A DNA stretch of 64,000 nt from Dehalococcoidia bacterium (GCA_965220255.1 OZ244816.1:779720-843719); one strand, 5' to 3'. Counted from the first letter of the stretch, positions 37,839 through 48,179 are shown. Notes: generated from the sequence alone by a model not told the origin. Translations and numbers: made by a program.

Positions 37839-38819
37839 GTGCCCGACTCCTTGACCGATACAACCAGCATCGAATTCGCAGCTAGGCTCCTCGAGGCCGA
37901 GCCGTGGACGCCGACGCCGCTGCTGCAGGCGCATGCGATTGGCGAGCGGCTCGACGCCGATGTTTGGCTCAAGCGTGAGGACTGCACTCCTATAGGCTCG
38001 TTCAAGCTGCGGGGTGCGGTCACGACAGCCGGAGCGCTGGCATCGGATGTTCCTGAGGCGGGCGTGTTCGTCGCATCGGCGGGGAACTATGGTCTGGCAA
38101 TCGTCTGCGCCTGCGCACGGTACGGCATACCCGTGACCGTCGTTGCGCCCGAAGGGGCGACACCGTCCAAGCTGGAGAGGATCCGGCTCCTGGGCGGGAC
38201 GGTGGAGATACACGGCAACGATTTCGACGTGGCAAAGGGGTATGCGAAGGCGAAGGCCCGAGAGGCCGGCGGGGTCTTCTGGGAGGACGGCGTCATCGAA
38301 GAGATGGCGACGGGAGCGGGCACCATCGCGACGGAGCTACTGCGCGACCCGGAGCCCTGGGACATGGTGGTTGTGCCGCTGGGAAACGGATCGCTCATCA
38401 AGGGTATTGCCCAGGAGATGAAGCGGCGAAGTCCGGCCACCAAGATCGTCGCGGTCGTGGCCGACGGAGCGCCCTCCATGGCGCAGGCGCTTCTGGGACA
38501 GGCTTGGGACGAGTCGGCGCCGGTCGATACGCTTGCGGACGGGCTGGCCGTGCGCATTCCGATACCCAAGATCGTGGAGGAGCTTGTCGGCCTGGTCGAC
38601 GAGGTGTGGACGGTGTCGGAGTCGGATATTCTCCCCGCCGTGAAGAGCCTTATGGAACTGGAGCAGGTGCTGGCAGAGCCGTCGGCTGCCACTCCCATTG
38701 CGGCGATGGCCGATCACCGGGACGAGGTTCATGGGAAGCGGGTTGCCGCCATCGTCAGCGGAGCGCATTTGAGCATGTCTCTCCTACCCGACTTAGTGAA
38801 TACGAAGGGGCTGCTATGA
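37839..38819 (+). CDS. PLP-dependent threonine/serine dehydratase family enzyme
   Basis: LKREDCTPIGSFKLRGA PLP-lysine motif; 326 aa, no ACT regulatory domain. Confidence 0.8.
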   Translation: MPDSLTDTTSIEFAARLLEAEPWTPTPLLQAHAIGERLDADVWLKREDCTPIGSFKLRGAVTTAGALASDVPEAGVFVASAGNYGLAIVCACARYGIPVTVVAPEGATPSKLERIRLLGGTVEIHGNDFDVAKGYAKAKAREAGGVFWEDGVIEEMATGAGTIATELLRDPEPWDMVVVPLGNGSLIKGIAQEMKRRSPATKIVAVVADGAPSMAQALLGQAWDESAPVDTLADGLAVRIPIPKIVEELVGLVDEVWTVSESDILPAVKSLMELEQVLAEPSAATPIAAMADHRDEVHGKRVAAIVSGAHLSMSLLPDLVNTKGLL

Positions 38820-39748
38820 GCACGAAGAACATACGGACCGTGGCGGTCGTCGGGGCGGGGCTGATGGGCCACAGCATTGCTCAGGAGTTCGCGGTCTCAG
38901 GGCGCCGGGTTGCGTTGAACGACGTGAGCGAGGAGCGCCTGACCGATGCGCGGGAACGCATCCGGCAGAACCTCGAAATGCTGGGAAGGTCCGATGAGTG
39001 GGACGGCGTTGCATCCCGAATCACATTCACGGGCGACCTGCGAACGGCGGTCGAGGACGCGGACCTCGTCGTCGAGGCGATTATTGAGAACCTGGAAGTG
39101 AAACTGGCCCTGTTCAGGGAGTTGGAGAGCATCTGCAGGGAGGACACCATCCTCGCCAGCAACACGTCGACATACTTGCCCTCCCAGATTGCCGAGGCCA
39201 CGAAGAACCCGGAGCGGGTGGTCGTGATGCACTACTTCAATCCGCCGCACGTCGTCCCGCTGGTGGAGGTGGTCGGAGGGCGCGACACCTCGCCTGAAAC
39301 AGTCGAAACGGTGCGCGACCTCGTCGTTTCCCAGGGCAAGAAGCCGGTCATGCTGGAGAAGGAGGCGCTGGGGTTCATCGCCAACCGGCTGCAGGCGGCC
39401 CTCCTGCGCGAGTGCTTCGCGCTCGTGGAGGACGGCGTCGCGCGACCGGAGGACATCGACACGGTGGTCAGGAGCGGTCTTGGTCGCAGGCTCGGCGTGG
39501 CAGGGCCGTTCGAGGTGTTCGACGCCGCGGGAGCGGATGTGTGGCACGCGATCTGCGAGCAGCTCATGTCGGATATCGAGTCGTCCACCGAGGTGCCGCC
39601 CGCGATTGTGCGAATGGTCGAGCGCGGCGATTTCGGTCTGAAGACGGGGCGCGGCGTGTACGAGTGGACCCCGGAGTCGTCCACAGAACTGCGTAGCAGA
39701 ATCGCGCGCGCGGTCGAAGAGATTGGGCGCTGGAACGATGGCGAGTAG
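38816..39748 (+). CDS. 3-hydroxyacyl-CoA (3-hydroxybutyryl-CoA) dehydrogenase family
   Basis: Start MSTKNIRTVAVVGAGLMGHSIAQEF; ATG overlaps the upstream TGA (ATGA); the longer 38504 start overlaps the previous gene. Confidence 0.85.
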   Translation: MSTKNIRTVAVVGAGLMGHSIAQEFAVSGRRVALNDVSEERLTDARERIRQNLEMLGRSDEWDGVASRITFTGDLRTAVEDADLVVEAIIENLEVKLALFRELESICREDTILASNTSTYLPSQIAEATKNPERVVVMHYFNPPHVVPLVEVVGGRDTSPETVETVRDLVVSQGKKPVMLEKEALGFIANRLQAALLRECFALVEDGVARPEDIDTVVRSGLGRRLGVAGPFEVFDAAGADVWHAICEQLMSDIESSTEVPPAIVRMVERGDFGLKTGRGVYEWTPESSTELRSRIARAVEEIGRWNDGE

Positions 39749-40736
39749 CCGGACTCCCGCAGTTGGGATCATCGCGAATCCGGCGGCGGGCAAGGACATC
39801 CGGCGGCTCGTGGCCCAGGGGCGGTTCGTCACCAACCAGGAGAAGGTGAACATCCTCCGCAGGGTGCTTGCGGGCATTGAGTCGGTGGGAGTGCGCCGAG
39901 TAGTCTTCATGCCCGACATGGACGGGCTCGGTCACGGGAGCCTGGACGGCAGCGCCAATAACGTCTCTATCGAGTTTGTTGACATCCTCGTGACGAACAA
40001 GGAGATCGACTCGACCCGCTCAGCCGAGGCGATGCGAGGCCAGGGCGTGGGCTGCATTATCACCCTGGGAGGAGATGGGACGAACCGCGCGGTTGCCAAG
40101 GGAGCGGGTGATGTTCCGCTCGTTCCGATATCGACGGGCACCAACAACGTCTTTCCACAGATGTTGGAAGGCACCGTGGCGGGAATCGCCGCCGGAGTGG
40201 TGGCATCAGGTGCGGTAGACACGGAGGGCGTCACGCGACGGTCGACGGCGCTGGAAGTGTCCATCGATGGGGAGGTGCGGGACCTTGCCCTCGTGGACGT
40301 TGCGGTTAGCACCCACAGGTTCATCGGAGCGCGAGCGCTGTGGGACATCGACACGATATCGGAGCTGTTCCTGGCCCGTACGGATGCCGACGCCATCGGA
40401 CTATCGGCGATAGGAGCGCGTCTTAGTCCGTCGGGCGGTGGTGAGCAGGCGGCAGTTCACGTCACCATAGGTCAGGGCGGCGATACGGTGGATGCGCCGA
40501 TCGCGCCGGGCATGGTGACGACCGTGCCGGTGTCAGAGTGGAAAGCTATGGATGTGGAAGCGCCTGTTAGGATTGAGATGCGGCCATGCACTATTGCCCT
40601 CGACGGGGAGCGGGCGTTGAGCGTCGGGGAGGAACAGTCGGCCGAAGTAACGCTGAGAGACAACGGTCCGCTCGTGGTGGACGTGGAGGCGGCGATTCGG
40701 GAGGCGACGAGGCTGGGAGTGTTTGGGGGAGGGTAA
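39738..40736 (+). CDS. ATP-NAD kinase family protein (AcoX-like)
   Basis: GIIANPAAGKD...ITLGGDGTNRAVA...PISTGTNNVF; 11-nt overlap with the upstream gene. Confidence 0.7.
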   Translation: MASSRTPAVGIIANPAAGKDIRRLVAQGRFVTNQEKVNILRRVLAGIESVGVRRVVFMPDMDGLGHGSLDGSANNVSIEFVDILVTNKEIDSTRSAEAMRGQGVGCIITLGGDGTNRAVAKGAGDVPLVPISTGTNNVFPQMLEGTVAGIAAGVVASGAVDTEGVTRRSTALEVSIDGEVRDLALVDVAVSTHRFIGARALWDIDTISELFLARTDADAIGLSAIGARLSPSGGGEQAAVHVTIGQGGDTVDAPIAPGMVTTVPVSEWKAMDVEAPVRIEMRPCTIALDGERALSVGEEQSAEVTLRDNGPLVVDVEAAIREATRLGVFGGG

Positions 40737-40792
40737 GGGCGTACAAGAGCATCGGGTAGGACGGAGCACTGCACCCGTGACCCGACTCCTCT

Positions 40793-40819
40793 GGATACCG
40801 GCCTTCGCCGGTATGACGG
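40793..40819. repeat. REP-A variant
   Basis: ggataccggccttcgccggtatgacgg. Confidence 0.75.
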
Positions 40820-40834
40820 TTGTGCAAAGTTCGT

Positions 40835-41251
40835 TTATCTCGATGGGGCACTCGCCAGCAGATCGCGCACTCTCGCCTCGATCTGGTCGCGGATGCGGCG
40901 GACGGGCTTGATACTCTTGCCTGCGGGGTCTTCGAGGCCCCAGTCTTCCGAGGGGAGAAATACGGCGGGGCAACTCTCGTATATCGAGCAGCCCATGGTG
41001 AACACGGAGTCGGCACGGTCGACCATGTCCTGCGATATGACCTTGGGGTAGTGGCCGCCGAGGTCGATGCCGATCTCCGCCATGGCCTCGACGACTACGG
41101 GGTTGACGTCTTGGGAGGGTTCCGTGCCTGCCGACTCGGCCTCGACGGTGCCGTTCGACAGGTGGCGGGTGAAGGCCTCAGCCATCTGGCTTCGCCCGGA
41201 GTTGTGGACGCATACGAACAGGTATCTTTTTTCCCGGTTCTCAGGACTCAT
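40835..41251 (-). CDS. arsC: Arsenate reductase, thioredoxin-coupled LMW-PTPase type
   Basis: YLFVCVHNSGRSQMAEAF C-x5-R P-loop; 138 aa. Confidence 0.85.
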   Translation of the reverse strand: MSPENREKRYLFVCVHNSGRSQMAEAFTRHLSNGTVEAESAGTEPSQDVNPVVVEAMAEIGIDLGGHYPKVISQDMVDRADSVFTMGCSIYESCPAVFLPSEDWGLEDPAGKSIKPVRRIRDQIEARVRDLLASAPSR

Positions 41252-41930
41252 TGGCAGTGGTTTCCTTATCCCCCTTCGCGTCGTTCAGCCACGTGTAGAG
41301 GAACGCGGCGATGGCTGCCCCGATGGGCGGGCCTACCCAGTAGACCCACAGGTCTTGCCAGTTGGCCGCCAGAATCGCCGGGCCGGTCGTCCGCGCGGGG
41401 TTCATCGAGCCGCCGGTGAGGGGGCCTCCCACCATGATGTCGAACGTGACGGTCGCCCCGATGGCGATGGCGGCGGCGCGTCCGACCGCGCGTTTGTCGG
41501 TGGCGACCGCCATGATGACGAACATGAGGAGGAAGGTGAGAACGATCTCGACGCCGACGGCCTTTGCCGGGTCGATGGTGATGGCGTGTCCGCCCATGAT
41601 GCCGACCTTGCCCAGGAGCAGGCGAAGTAGTGCCGCGGCAGCTATTGCTCCGATCATCTGGGCGGCCCAGTAAATCCCGGCGTCACGGAGAGAGATGCGA
41701 CGTACGAACGCGAAACCGAGGGTCACGGCTGGGTTGATGTGCGCGCCGGATATGTGGCCGGTGGCATAGATCATGGCGGAGACAATCAGGCCGGATGCGA
41801 GGGCATTGCCTACGAGGCCAAGTCCCCCGTTGGAAAGTTCATCGGCCATAGCAGCCCCGGCAGCGATGAAGACCAGCCCGAAAGTGCCGATGCACTCCGC
41901 GACTGCGCGACGGGTCAACGAACCGCTCAT
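41241..41930 (-). CDS. MIP-family channel (aquaglyceroporin / AqpS-like)
   Basis: Start MSGSLTRRAVAECIGTFGLVF (ATG 41930); two NPA boxes (NPAVT, NPART); 11-nt overlap with arsC. Confidence 0.85.
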   Translation of the reverse strand: MSGSLTRRAVAECIGTFGLVFIAAGAAMADELSNGGLGLVGNALASGLIVSAMIYATGHISGAHINPAVTLGFAFVRRISLRDAGIYWAAQMIGAIAAAALLRLLLGKVGIMGGHAITIDPAKAVGVEIVLTFLLMFVIMAVATDKRAVGRAAAIAIGATVTFDIMVGGPLTGGSMNPARTTGPAILAANWQDLWVYWVGPPIGAAIAAFLYTWLNDAKGDKETTANES

Positions 41931-41935
41931 GGATG

Positions 41936-42610
41936 CTACAGGCCAGCCGATGTGAGGTTCTTGGTCGCCACGTGCTCGCCCGTGACGAGGTAGATGACAC
42001 GCTTGGCGATGTTGGTCGCTCGGTCGGCGATCCGTTCGAGGTCGTGGGCGACCCACAGTAGGTACGTGGCTCGCGTGATGGTCCGAGGGTCTTCGAGCAT
42101 GAAGGTGAGCAGCTCGCGGTAGATCTGGTCGTAGAGGGCGTCCACCTCGTCGTCATCGGCCCTGATGCCTTCCGCTGCAACGATGTCCCTGCCGACGAGG
42201 GAATCGAGGCTCCTTCGGAGCATTTGAGACGCCTTGTCGGCCATACGGGGGATATCGATAAGCGGTTTGATGGGAGGTTCGTTTCCCATAGCGAGGCTGA
42301 TCTTGGCGATTCCGCTCGCGTAGTCGCCCATGCGCTCAAGCTCGCCGACGATGTGCAGGATCGCGATGATCGTCCGCAGGTCGGTCGCCATGGGTTGTTG
42401 CCTGGCGATGAGGTTGACGCAGCGCTCCTCAATGTCGTGCCGGCGGGCGTCGATTATCGCGTCGTCCTGAACAACCTGGCGGGAGAGGTCGAGATCACGC
42501 GTTTTGAGAGCGTCGACCGAGTTGGCGATGGCCTTCTCGACCATACTGCCCACGGCCAGCAGTTCCTCCTGGAGAAACCGAAGATCGCGTCCGAACTCAT
42601 TTCGGGGCAT
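41936..42610 (-). CDS. phoU: Phosphate signalling complex protein PhoU
   Basis: Start MPRNEFGRDLRFLQEELL (ATG 42610); two PhoU repeats with E/D-x3-D motifs; the longer ORF start overlaps pstB. Confidence 0.9.
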   Translation of the reverse strand: MPRNEFGRDLRFLQEELLAVGSMVEKAIANSVDALKTRDLDLSRQVVQDDAIIDARRHDIEERCVNLIARQQPMATDLRTIIAILHIVGELERMGDYASGIAKISLAMGNEPPIKPLIDIPRMADKASQMLRRSLDSLVGRDIVAAEGIRADDDEVDALYDQIYRELLTFMLEDPRTITRATYLLWVAHDLERIADRATNIAKRVIYLVTGEHVATKNLTSAGL

Positions 42611-42621
42611 GATGACTCCCC

Positions 42622-43476
42622 CTAACTGAACCTGCCCGTTATGTACGCCTCTGTCCGCTCGTCGTCCGGGTTGGTGAAGATGTTTGTGGTCTTGCCGAAC
42701 TCGACCATGTAACCTGCGCGGTCGTCCGGGTCGACCATGAAGAAGGCCGTCTCGTCGGAGACGCGCGCGGCCTGCTGCATGTTGTGGGTGACGATGATGA
42801 TGGACACGTCGTTGACGAGTTCCTTGATGAGGTCCTCGATAGCCTGGGTCGAGATCGGGTCGAGGGCAGATGCCGGCTCGTCCATGAGGAGCACCTCCGG
42901 CTCGGGCGCGAGGGCGCGGGCGATGCACAGTCGCTGCTGCTGTCCGCCGGACAGCTCCAACGCGTTCTCCTTCAACCGATCCTTGACCTCGTCCCATAGC
43001 GCGGCGCGACGGAGGGAACGTTCGACCGCTTCGGAGTAGTTGCCGGTGTAGCCGTTGACCCTGAGTCCAAAGGCGACGTTCTCGTAGATGGACTTCGGGA
43101 AGGGGTTGGGCTTCTGGAAGACCATGCCGATGCGGGAACGCATCTCGGTCGGGTCGATGCTGGGGCCGTAGAGGTCTACGTCCCGGAAGAGGATTGTGCC
43201 GCCGACGCGCGCGCTGCGAATGAGGTCGTTCATGCGGTTGAAGCAGCGGAGGACGGTGCTCTTGCCGCAGCCGGACGGCCCGATGAACGCCGTGACCTTG
43301 TTCGACTGGACTGACATGAACACGTCTTTCACGGCTCGGAAGGAACCGTAGAACACCTCAAGCGACTGCACGTCGAGGACGACATCAGTCTGAATCTCGC
43401 CAGCGGTTTCCGGCTGCTTGACTGTCAATTGAGACGGGACGATGTTTTCCGGGCGTTTCGTAGTCTGACCTTGCAT
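42622..43476 (-). CDS. pstB: Phosphate ABC transporter ATP-binding protein
   Basis: Walker [10 protein letters not shown], signature LSGGQQQRL, Walker B LLMDEP; PstB-specific tail. Confidence 0.95.
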   Translation of the reverse strand: MQGQTTKRPENIVPSQLTVKQPETAGEIQTDVVLDVQSLEVFYGSFRAVKDVFMSVQSNKVTAFIGPSGCGKSTVLRCFNRMNDLIRSARVGGTILFRDVDLYGPSIDPTEMRSRIGMVFQKPNPFPKSIYENVAFGLRVNGYTGNYSEAVERSLRRAALWDEVKDRLKENALELSGGQQQRLCIARALAPEPEVLLMDEPASALDPISTQAIEDLIKELVNDVSIIIVTHNMQQAARVSDETAFFMVDPDDRAGYMVEFGKTTNIFTNPDDERTEAYITGRFS

Positions 43477-43504
43477 GATTCCTCGCTGACTGCGGAAGAG
43501 CTTG

Positions 43505-44419
43505 TCACTCGATGGAGCGACTCTGGAACTTGTTCCGCAGGTAGACGGCGAGGGCGTTCATGGAGAGCAGCACTATAAGCAGGACCACTATACCACCCGC
43601 TGCGAGGCCCTGAAAGTCCGCCTGTGGACGGGAGATCCAGTTGTAAATCTGTATGGGGAGAACGGTAAATCTATCGAGGGGGCCCTGCGGGATGAAGGTC
43701 AGGTAGACCAGCGCGCTGATGGCGATCACGGGGGCCGTCTCGCCGACCGCGCGCGACATCGCCAGGATGATGCCCGTCAGCATCCCCGGGAAGGCCGAGG
43801 GGAGCACCACGCCGCGGATGGTCTCCCACTTGGTCGCTCCGAGGGCAAACGAGGCCTGCCGGTAGGTATCAGGCACCGCCTTGATCGCCTCCCGCGACGC
43901 CAGAATGACGATGGGCAGGACGAGCAGCGACATCGTCAGCGCCCCGGCCAGGACGCTCCGACCGAGATTGAACTCGATCTGGGTACTGCCGTACTCGAAC
44001 GTGTACCCGTGAACGAACAGCGCCAACCCCAACAGGCCGTAGACGATGGAAGGAACGCCCGCCAGGTTCGCGATGTTGATCTCGATGAACTGGGTCAGGC
44101 GGTTCTCCGGGGCGTACTCTTCCAGGTAGATTGCGGCCCCGATACCGACGGGAACGCAAAACAGGGCTGTCAGCCCCATAAGCCAGAGCGTCCCGAACAA
44201 AGCGGCCTTGAGGCCAGCCTGCTCAGGAAAGCGGGAAGGGAAGTTGAAGATGAGCTCGGGTCGGAGCCAGTCGACACCCTGAAAGAATACCTGTAGGAGC
44301 AAGACGCCGAGCCCAATGATGCCGACCGCGACCGCAGCGACGAGGACGACATAGGCAATCGCGCCCTTGAGCTTGCGGGTCTCAAGATTCGGATGGAACC
44401 GCTCGGTCCTGGGAATCAT
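43505..44419 (-). CDS. pstA: Phosphate ABC transporter permease PstA
   Basis: ATG 44419 overlaps the pstC TGA (ATGA); alternative start 44437; EAA-loop ...REA..AVP...[13 protein letters not shown]. Confidence 0.9.
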   Translation of the reverse strand: MIPRTERFHPNLETRKLKGAIAYVVLVAAVAVGIIGLGVLLLQVFFQGVDWLRPELIFNFPSRFPEQAGLKAALFGTLWLMGLTALFCVPVGIGAAIYLEEYAPENRLTQFIEINIANLAGVPSIVYGLLGLALFVHGYTFEYGSTQIEFNLGRSVLAGALTMSLLVLPIVILASREAIKAVPDTYRQASFALGATKWETIRGVVLPSAFPGMLTGIILAMSRAVGETAPVIAISALVYLTFIPQGPLDRFTVLPIQIYNWISRPQADFQGLAAGGIVVLLIVLLSMNALAVYLRNKFQSRSIE

Positions 44420-45390
44420 TCGTACTTGAGCCCCCATTTCCGGACTATGGCATAACCCATGACGTTCATGACGAGCGTCATGAGGAATAACAACAGTCCA
44501 ACGGCGAAGATCGTGTTGAACTCAAGAGAACCGTGAGGCGTCTCGCCCAGGCTCAACTGAACGATGTAGGCGGTCATGGTCTGGATACTCTCGAGTGGGT
44601 TGATGGTGAGCTTCGGGGTGGCGCCTGCGGCGATGGTGACGAGCATCGTCTCCCCGATCGCGCGAGACAGGCCGATGATGAAGGCGGCCATGATGCCCGA
44701 CAGGGCAGCCGGAATGACGATCTTGGTCGACACCTCGAAGCGGGTTGCGCCCAGTGCGTATGCCGCCTGTCGGAGCGAGTTCGGCACCGCGAGCATGGCG
44801 TCCTCGCTCAGCGAGGAGACCATCGGGAGGATCATGATGCCCATAACCAGTCCGGCGCTGAGTGCGTTGAAGACCAACATATCGGGGAAGATGCGCTGGA
44901 GCTGGGGGGTGACGAAGGTTAGCGCGAAGTAGCCGTACACGACGGTCGGGATGCCCGCCAGCACTTCGAGTATCGGCTTGATGGCGCGCCTGACCCTGTC
45001 GTGGGCGTACTCGGACAGATAGGTGGCGGCGGCGAGTCCGACCGGGATCGCCACGGCCGCGCCCAGGAACGTTACCAGCATCGTTCCCCCAACCAGCGGG
45101 AGGACGCCATACGACCTCGGCTTCAGGATCGGCGACCACCGGGCCTCTCCCAGGAACTCCCATACCGGGATCTGCGAGAAGAACCCCCACGACTGGATGA
45201 CCAGAGAAAGAAGGATGGCGACCGTGGTCAGGATGGAGAGGATCGCGCACACGAACACCAGGTGCTTGACGAGCGTGCCTTCCCACGTCCTCTTGTTGCG
45301 CTTGAAGAGCGCGCGGTACTCGCTTCCCGCCGACTTCAAGACGTCGGAGGGCGATTCAGGGCTGCTCTGAGCCGCGGACTCTAAACTCAA
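44416..45390 (-). CDS. pstC: Phosphate ABC transporter permease PstC
   Basis: 324 aa, 6 TM, ...[15 protein letters not shown]... permease signature. Confidence 0.9.
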   Translation of the reverse strand: MSLESAAQSSPESPSDVLKSAGSEYRALFKRNKRTWEGTLVKHLVFVCAILSILTTVAILLSLVIQSWGFFSQIPVWEFLGEARWSPILKPRSYGVLPLVGGTMLVTFLGAAVAIPVGLAAATYLSEYAHDRVRRAIKPILEVLAGIPTVVYGYFALTFVTPQLQRIFPDMLVFNALSAGLVMGIMILPMVSSLSEDAMLAVPNSLRQAAYALGATRFEVSTKIVIPAALSGIMAAFIIGLSRAIGETMLVTIAAGATPKLTINPLESIQTMTAYIVQLSLGETPHGSLEFNTIFAVGLLLFLMTLVMNVMGYAIVRKWGLKYE

Positions 45391-45418
45391 GTAATCCCCT
45401 TCCAGTCTTCTTGCACTT

Positions 45419-45446
45419 CGGGGCGGAGGGTGACTCCTCCGCCCCG
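45419..45446 (-). promoter_or_regulatory. Strong intercistronic hairpin between pstS and pstC
   Basis: cggggcggagg-gtgact-cctccgccccg, 11-bp G/C stem, no U tract after it on the minus strand. Confidence 0.5.
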
Positions 45447-45509
45447 GTATGAATACTCCGTAATACGGACCCTGTCAATAGTCCAGGGCCCTCTGTGACA
45501 GCTGTCTGT

Positions 45510-46529
45510 CTAGTTTCCCTGGACCATCTTGAGATTGTCCATGTAAGCGTCGGACGAAACCGGCACGTAACCGACTTCGCGGGTCAACTCCTCACCCCGC
45601 TCCATGTAGAACTCGACGAAGGTCTTGACCTCAGGACGCTCGAGACTCTCCTTGTTTACGTAGATGAAGAGCGGGCGGGTGAGGGGCTTGTACTCGCCCG
45701 AAAGGATGGTGTCCGGCGTCGGGGTCACACAGCCGTCGCCGTTGTCCACGGCCACCAGCTTCAGCTTGTCGGCGTTCTCCGCGTAGTAGGCGTAGCCGAA
45801 GTAGCCAAGCGCGTTGCGGTCGCCGCTGATGCCCTGCACGAGAACATTGTCGTCGGCGCTCGCCGTGTAGTCGGCGCGGCTCACCTGCGCCTCTCCGTTG
45901 ATCTCCTCCGTGAAGAAGTCGAACGTGCCGGAGTCGGTGTCTGGGCCGTACAGCCTGAGCGGTCGGTCAGGGAAGCCGGAGCGGACCTGGTTCCAGTTGT
46001 TGACCTCTGAACCGGTGTCCCAGATCATCTTCAACTCTCCAACCGTCAGGCAGTCGAGGAAGTCGTTCTGCGTCGAGACCATGACCGAGAGGCCGTCCGT
46101 GCCCACGCGAAGCTCGTAGTATTCTACGCCGTTGGAGGCCGCTGCCTCTTTCTCGGAGTCCTTGATGCCGCGAGAGGCGTCGGAGATATCGGTCTCGCCG
46201 ACCGTGAACCGCTTGAAGCCGCCGCCCGTGCCCGACACGCCGACATTTACGCGGACGTTGCGGTGGACCTTGTTGAACTCCTCGGCGACAGCCTCGCTAA
46301 TAGGGAAGACCGTGCTCGATCCGTCAATTTCAATTGTGCCGCTCAGGTTGACGGGCTCTTGCGCAGGAGCCGGGGCTGGCGACTGAGAAGTGCTTGCGGC
46401 AGGGGCGGGCGCGGGCGATGTGGTCTCTTCCTCATCGTCCCCGGAACACGCAATCAACAGCGTGGACATCATCAATAGCAAGAGACCAATCACACTCCCG
46501 CGCCCAAACAATCTACCTACGGATGACAT
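45510..46529 (-). CDS. pstS: Phosphate-binding lipoprotein PstS
   Basis: Start MSSVGRLFG... (ATG 46529, RBS aaggagga); lipobox LLIAC-S; GSSTVFP and ASRGIKDSE motifs. Confidence 0.9.
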   Translation of the reverse strand: MSSVGRLFGRGSVIGLLLLMMSTLLIACSGDDEEETTSPAPAPAASTSQSPAPAPAQEPVNLSGTIEIDGSSTVFPISEAVAEEFNKVHRNVRVNVGVSGTGGGFKRFTVGETDISDASRGIKDSEKEAAASNGVEYYELRVGTDGLSVMVSTQNDFLDCLTVGELKMIWDTGSEVNNWNQVRSGFPDRPLRLYGPDTDSGTFDFFTEEINGEAQVSRADYTASADDNVLVQGISGDRNALGYFGYAYYAENADKLKLVAVDNGDGCVTPTPDTILSGEYKPLTRPLFIYVNKESLERPEVKTFVEFYMERGEELTREVGYVPVSSDAYMDNLKMVQGN

Positions 46530-46616
46530 TTTCGTAATTCCTCCTTGGAATCCCTTGGTTTTTGATCTCTGAAGATTCTTCCAACGGAAAACTCTATCTT
46601 GCTCAGCCAACTCGTC

Positions 46617-46660
46617 GGGTTAACGGAGAGTTAAGGCACGATTAACCTTCTTTAACGCGT
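46617..46660 (-). promoter_or_regulatory. Pho-box-like array: four (G/C)TTAA(A/C) direct repeats with about 11-bp phasing
   Basis: TTAA cores at 46620, 46631, 46642, 46652 (plus-strand coordinates), 90-130 nt upstream of pstS. Confidence 0.4.
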
Positions 46661-46818
46661 TGCGATAGGCGAGTCGGGAGATAAGTGCAGGGACGGTCTT
46701 CTACTTTAGGCGTATGCGGGAATCGACCCAGCTTCACGTCACTCCCGCGTAGGCGGGAGTCCAGCACGGTGAATAGGGATTCACTGCAAAGGGCGGGGAG
46801 CCCGCGGGCAAGGTTCGT

Positions 46819-46844
46819 GGATTCCCGCCTTCGCGGGAATGACG
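46819..46844. repeat. REP-A hairpin
   Basis: ggattcccgccttcgcgggaatgacg. Confidence 0.8.
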
Positions 46845-46966
46845 ATGTGTGGGTTGCAGCGTCAGATTCAAACCAATTGACGGTAGATGGGCTTGAACCG
46901 AAGTGCAGAGCCTGCACTTCGTCTCCCAATGGACACGGTTTCTCGCCGATACCCCTATAGGCTAAT

Positions 46967-47758
46967 ATGAACGGAGACGAAGAAAGGGAGGTCGCAGTGC
47001 TCACGCTACGAGGGCGGGGAGCAATACTGGTAGGCACGAAGCGCGTCGGTGGGGTCATTGCCCACAGGCTGGTGAAGGAGGGCGTCAATCTCGCAATCGT
47101 GTACCGCTCTTCTCGGCAAGAGGCCGAGCGGCTGGAGCGCGAGGTCGGTGGGATAACGGAGCGTACGGCCCTGATCGGCGGCGACCTGAGCGATGAGGAC
47201 GACGTGAAGCGCATCGTGCGGACGGCTAAAGACAGCCTCGGCGACCTGTCGTTCGTGGTGAATCTTGCGTCCGGGTTCCCGCGCAACCCGTTCGAGACGC
47301 TGGACGGTGCTGCTTGGGACGCTTCAATGTCATTCGCCAAGGGAAACTACCTGCTGAACGTACACGCCGCACGGGTGATGATGGAGAACGATGGGCCGAC
47401 CAGGGGACACATCGTGCAGTTCAGCGACTGGGCGGCGTGGGAGACGCCGTATAAGAACTACCTGCCCTACCTGACGGCGAAGGCCGCCATCGACTTCATG
47501 ACCAGAGGGTTCGCGGTGGAACTCGCGGACGCGGGGATTCTCGTGAACGCCATCGCGCCGGGGCCGACGATGCGTCCGCCGGAGATCAGCGAGTCGTCGT
47601 GGCAGCGCGACGTGCTGGACAAGACGCCGCTGAAGCGGGAGTCCTCGCCGGACGACATGGCGGAGATCATTGTGAGCCTGCTTTCGAGCGAGTCGATTAC
47701 GGGGCAGGTGATACGCGTCGATTCGGGACGGCACCTGGCAGGGCCGGGCGTGGACTGA
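46967..47758 (+). CDS. SDR family oxidoreductase, pteridine-reductase-like (FolM/PTR1-like)
   Basis: LVGTKRVGGVIA cofactor loop (K/R-R-x-G as in pteridine reductases), YLTAKAA catalytic Y-x3-K; context next to queD/PTPS and folE. Confidence 0.65.
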   Translation: MNGDEEREVAVLTLRGRGAILVGTKRVGGVIAHRLVKEGVNLAIVYRSSRQEAERLEREVGGITERTALIGGDLSDEDDVKRIVRTAKDSLGDLSFVVNLASGFPRNPFETLDGAAWDASMSFAKGNYLLNVHAARVMMENDGPTRGHIVQFSDWAAWETPYKNYLPYLTAKAAIDFMTRGFAVELADAGILVNAIAPGPTMRPPEISESSWQRDVLDKTPLKRESSPDDMAEIIVSLLSSESITGQVIRVDSGRHLAGPGVD

Positions 47759-47771
47759 CGGAGCCAATCAC

Positions 47772-48179
47772 ATGCCAACGTACAGCGTCACCAAGACCAT
47801 CGCCTTCTGCTACGGCCACCGGCTGATCGGCCACAAGGGGAAGTGCCGCCACCTGCACGGCCATAACGGTCTCGTCGAGATCAACGTCGAGGCCGAGGAG
47901 TTGGACGAACTGGGCGTTGTAATGGACTTTTCAGACATTCGCGATGCCGTCAAGGGATGGATCGACGAGAACCTCGACCACAGAATGATCCTCAACCGCA
48001 AGGACGAAGCGGTCCCCGAGCTGCAGAAGCTGGGAGAACCGCTGTACCTCATCGACGAGAACCCGACCGCGGAGAATATCTCCAAGTTGATATATGGGCA
48101 GGCGCGAGACATGGGGATCAATGTCAAGGAGGTGCGCCTGTGGGAAACGCCCTCGAGCTACGCAGCCTATAGAGAGTGA
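47772..48179 (+). CDS. queD: 6-carboxytetrahydropterin / 6-pyruvoyl-tetrahydropterin synthase family
   Basis: FCYGHRL...KCRHLHGHNG (C-x3-H-G-H), 135 aa. Confidence 0.85.
   Translation: MPTYSVTKTIAFCYGHRLIGHKGKCRHLHGHNGLVEINVEAEELDELGVVMDFSDIRDAVKGWIDENLDHRMILNRKDEAVPELQKLGEPLYLIDENPTAENISKLIYGQARDMGINVKEVRLWETPSSYAAYRE

Noticed and set aside
41936-42997. N-terminal extensions given by the ORF track for phoU (to 42997), the MIP channel (to 42056), pstS (to 46610), 3-hydroxyacyl-CoA dehydrogenase (from 38504), crcB (to 55264) and the SBP (from 22130).
   Set aside because: The extensions overlap upstream genes or REP DNA, are Arg/Pro-rich, and are followed by internal ATGs with good RBSs. Those internal starts give proteins of family-typical length and typical N-termini.
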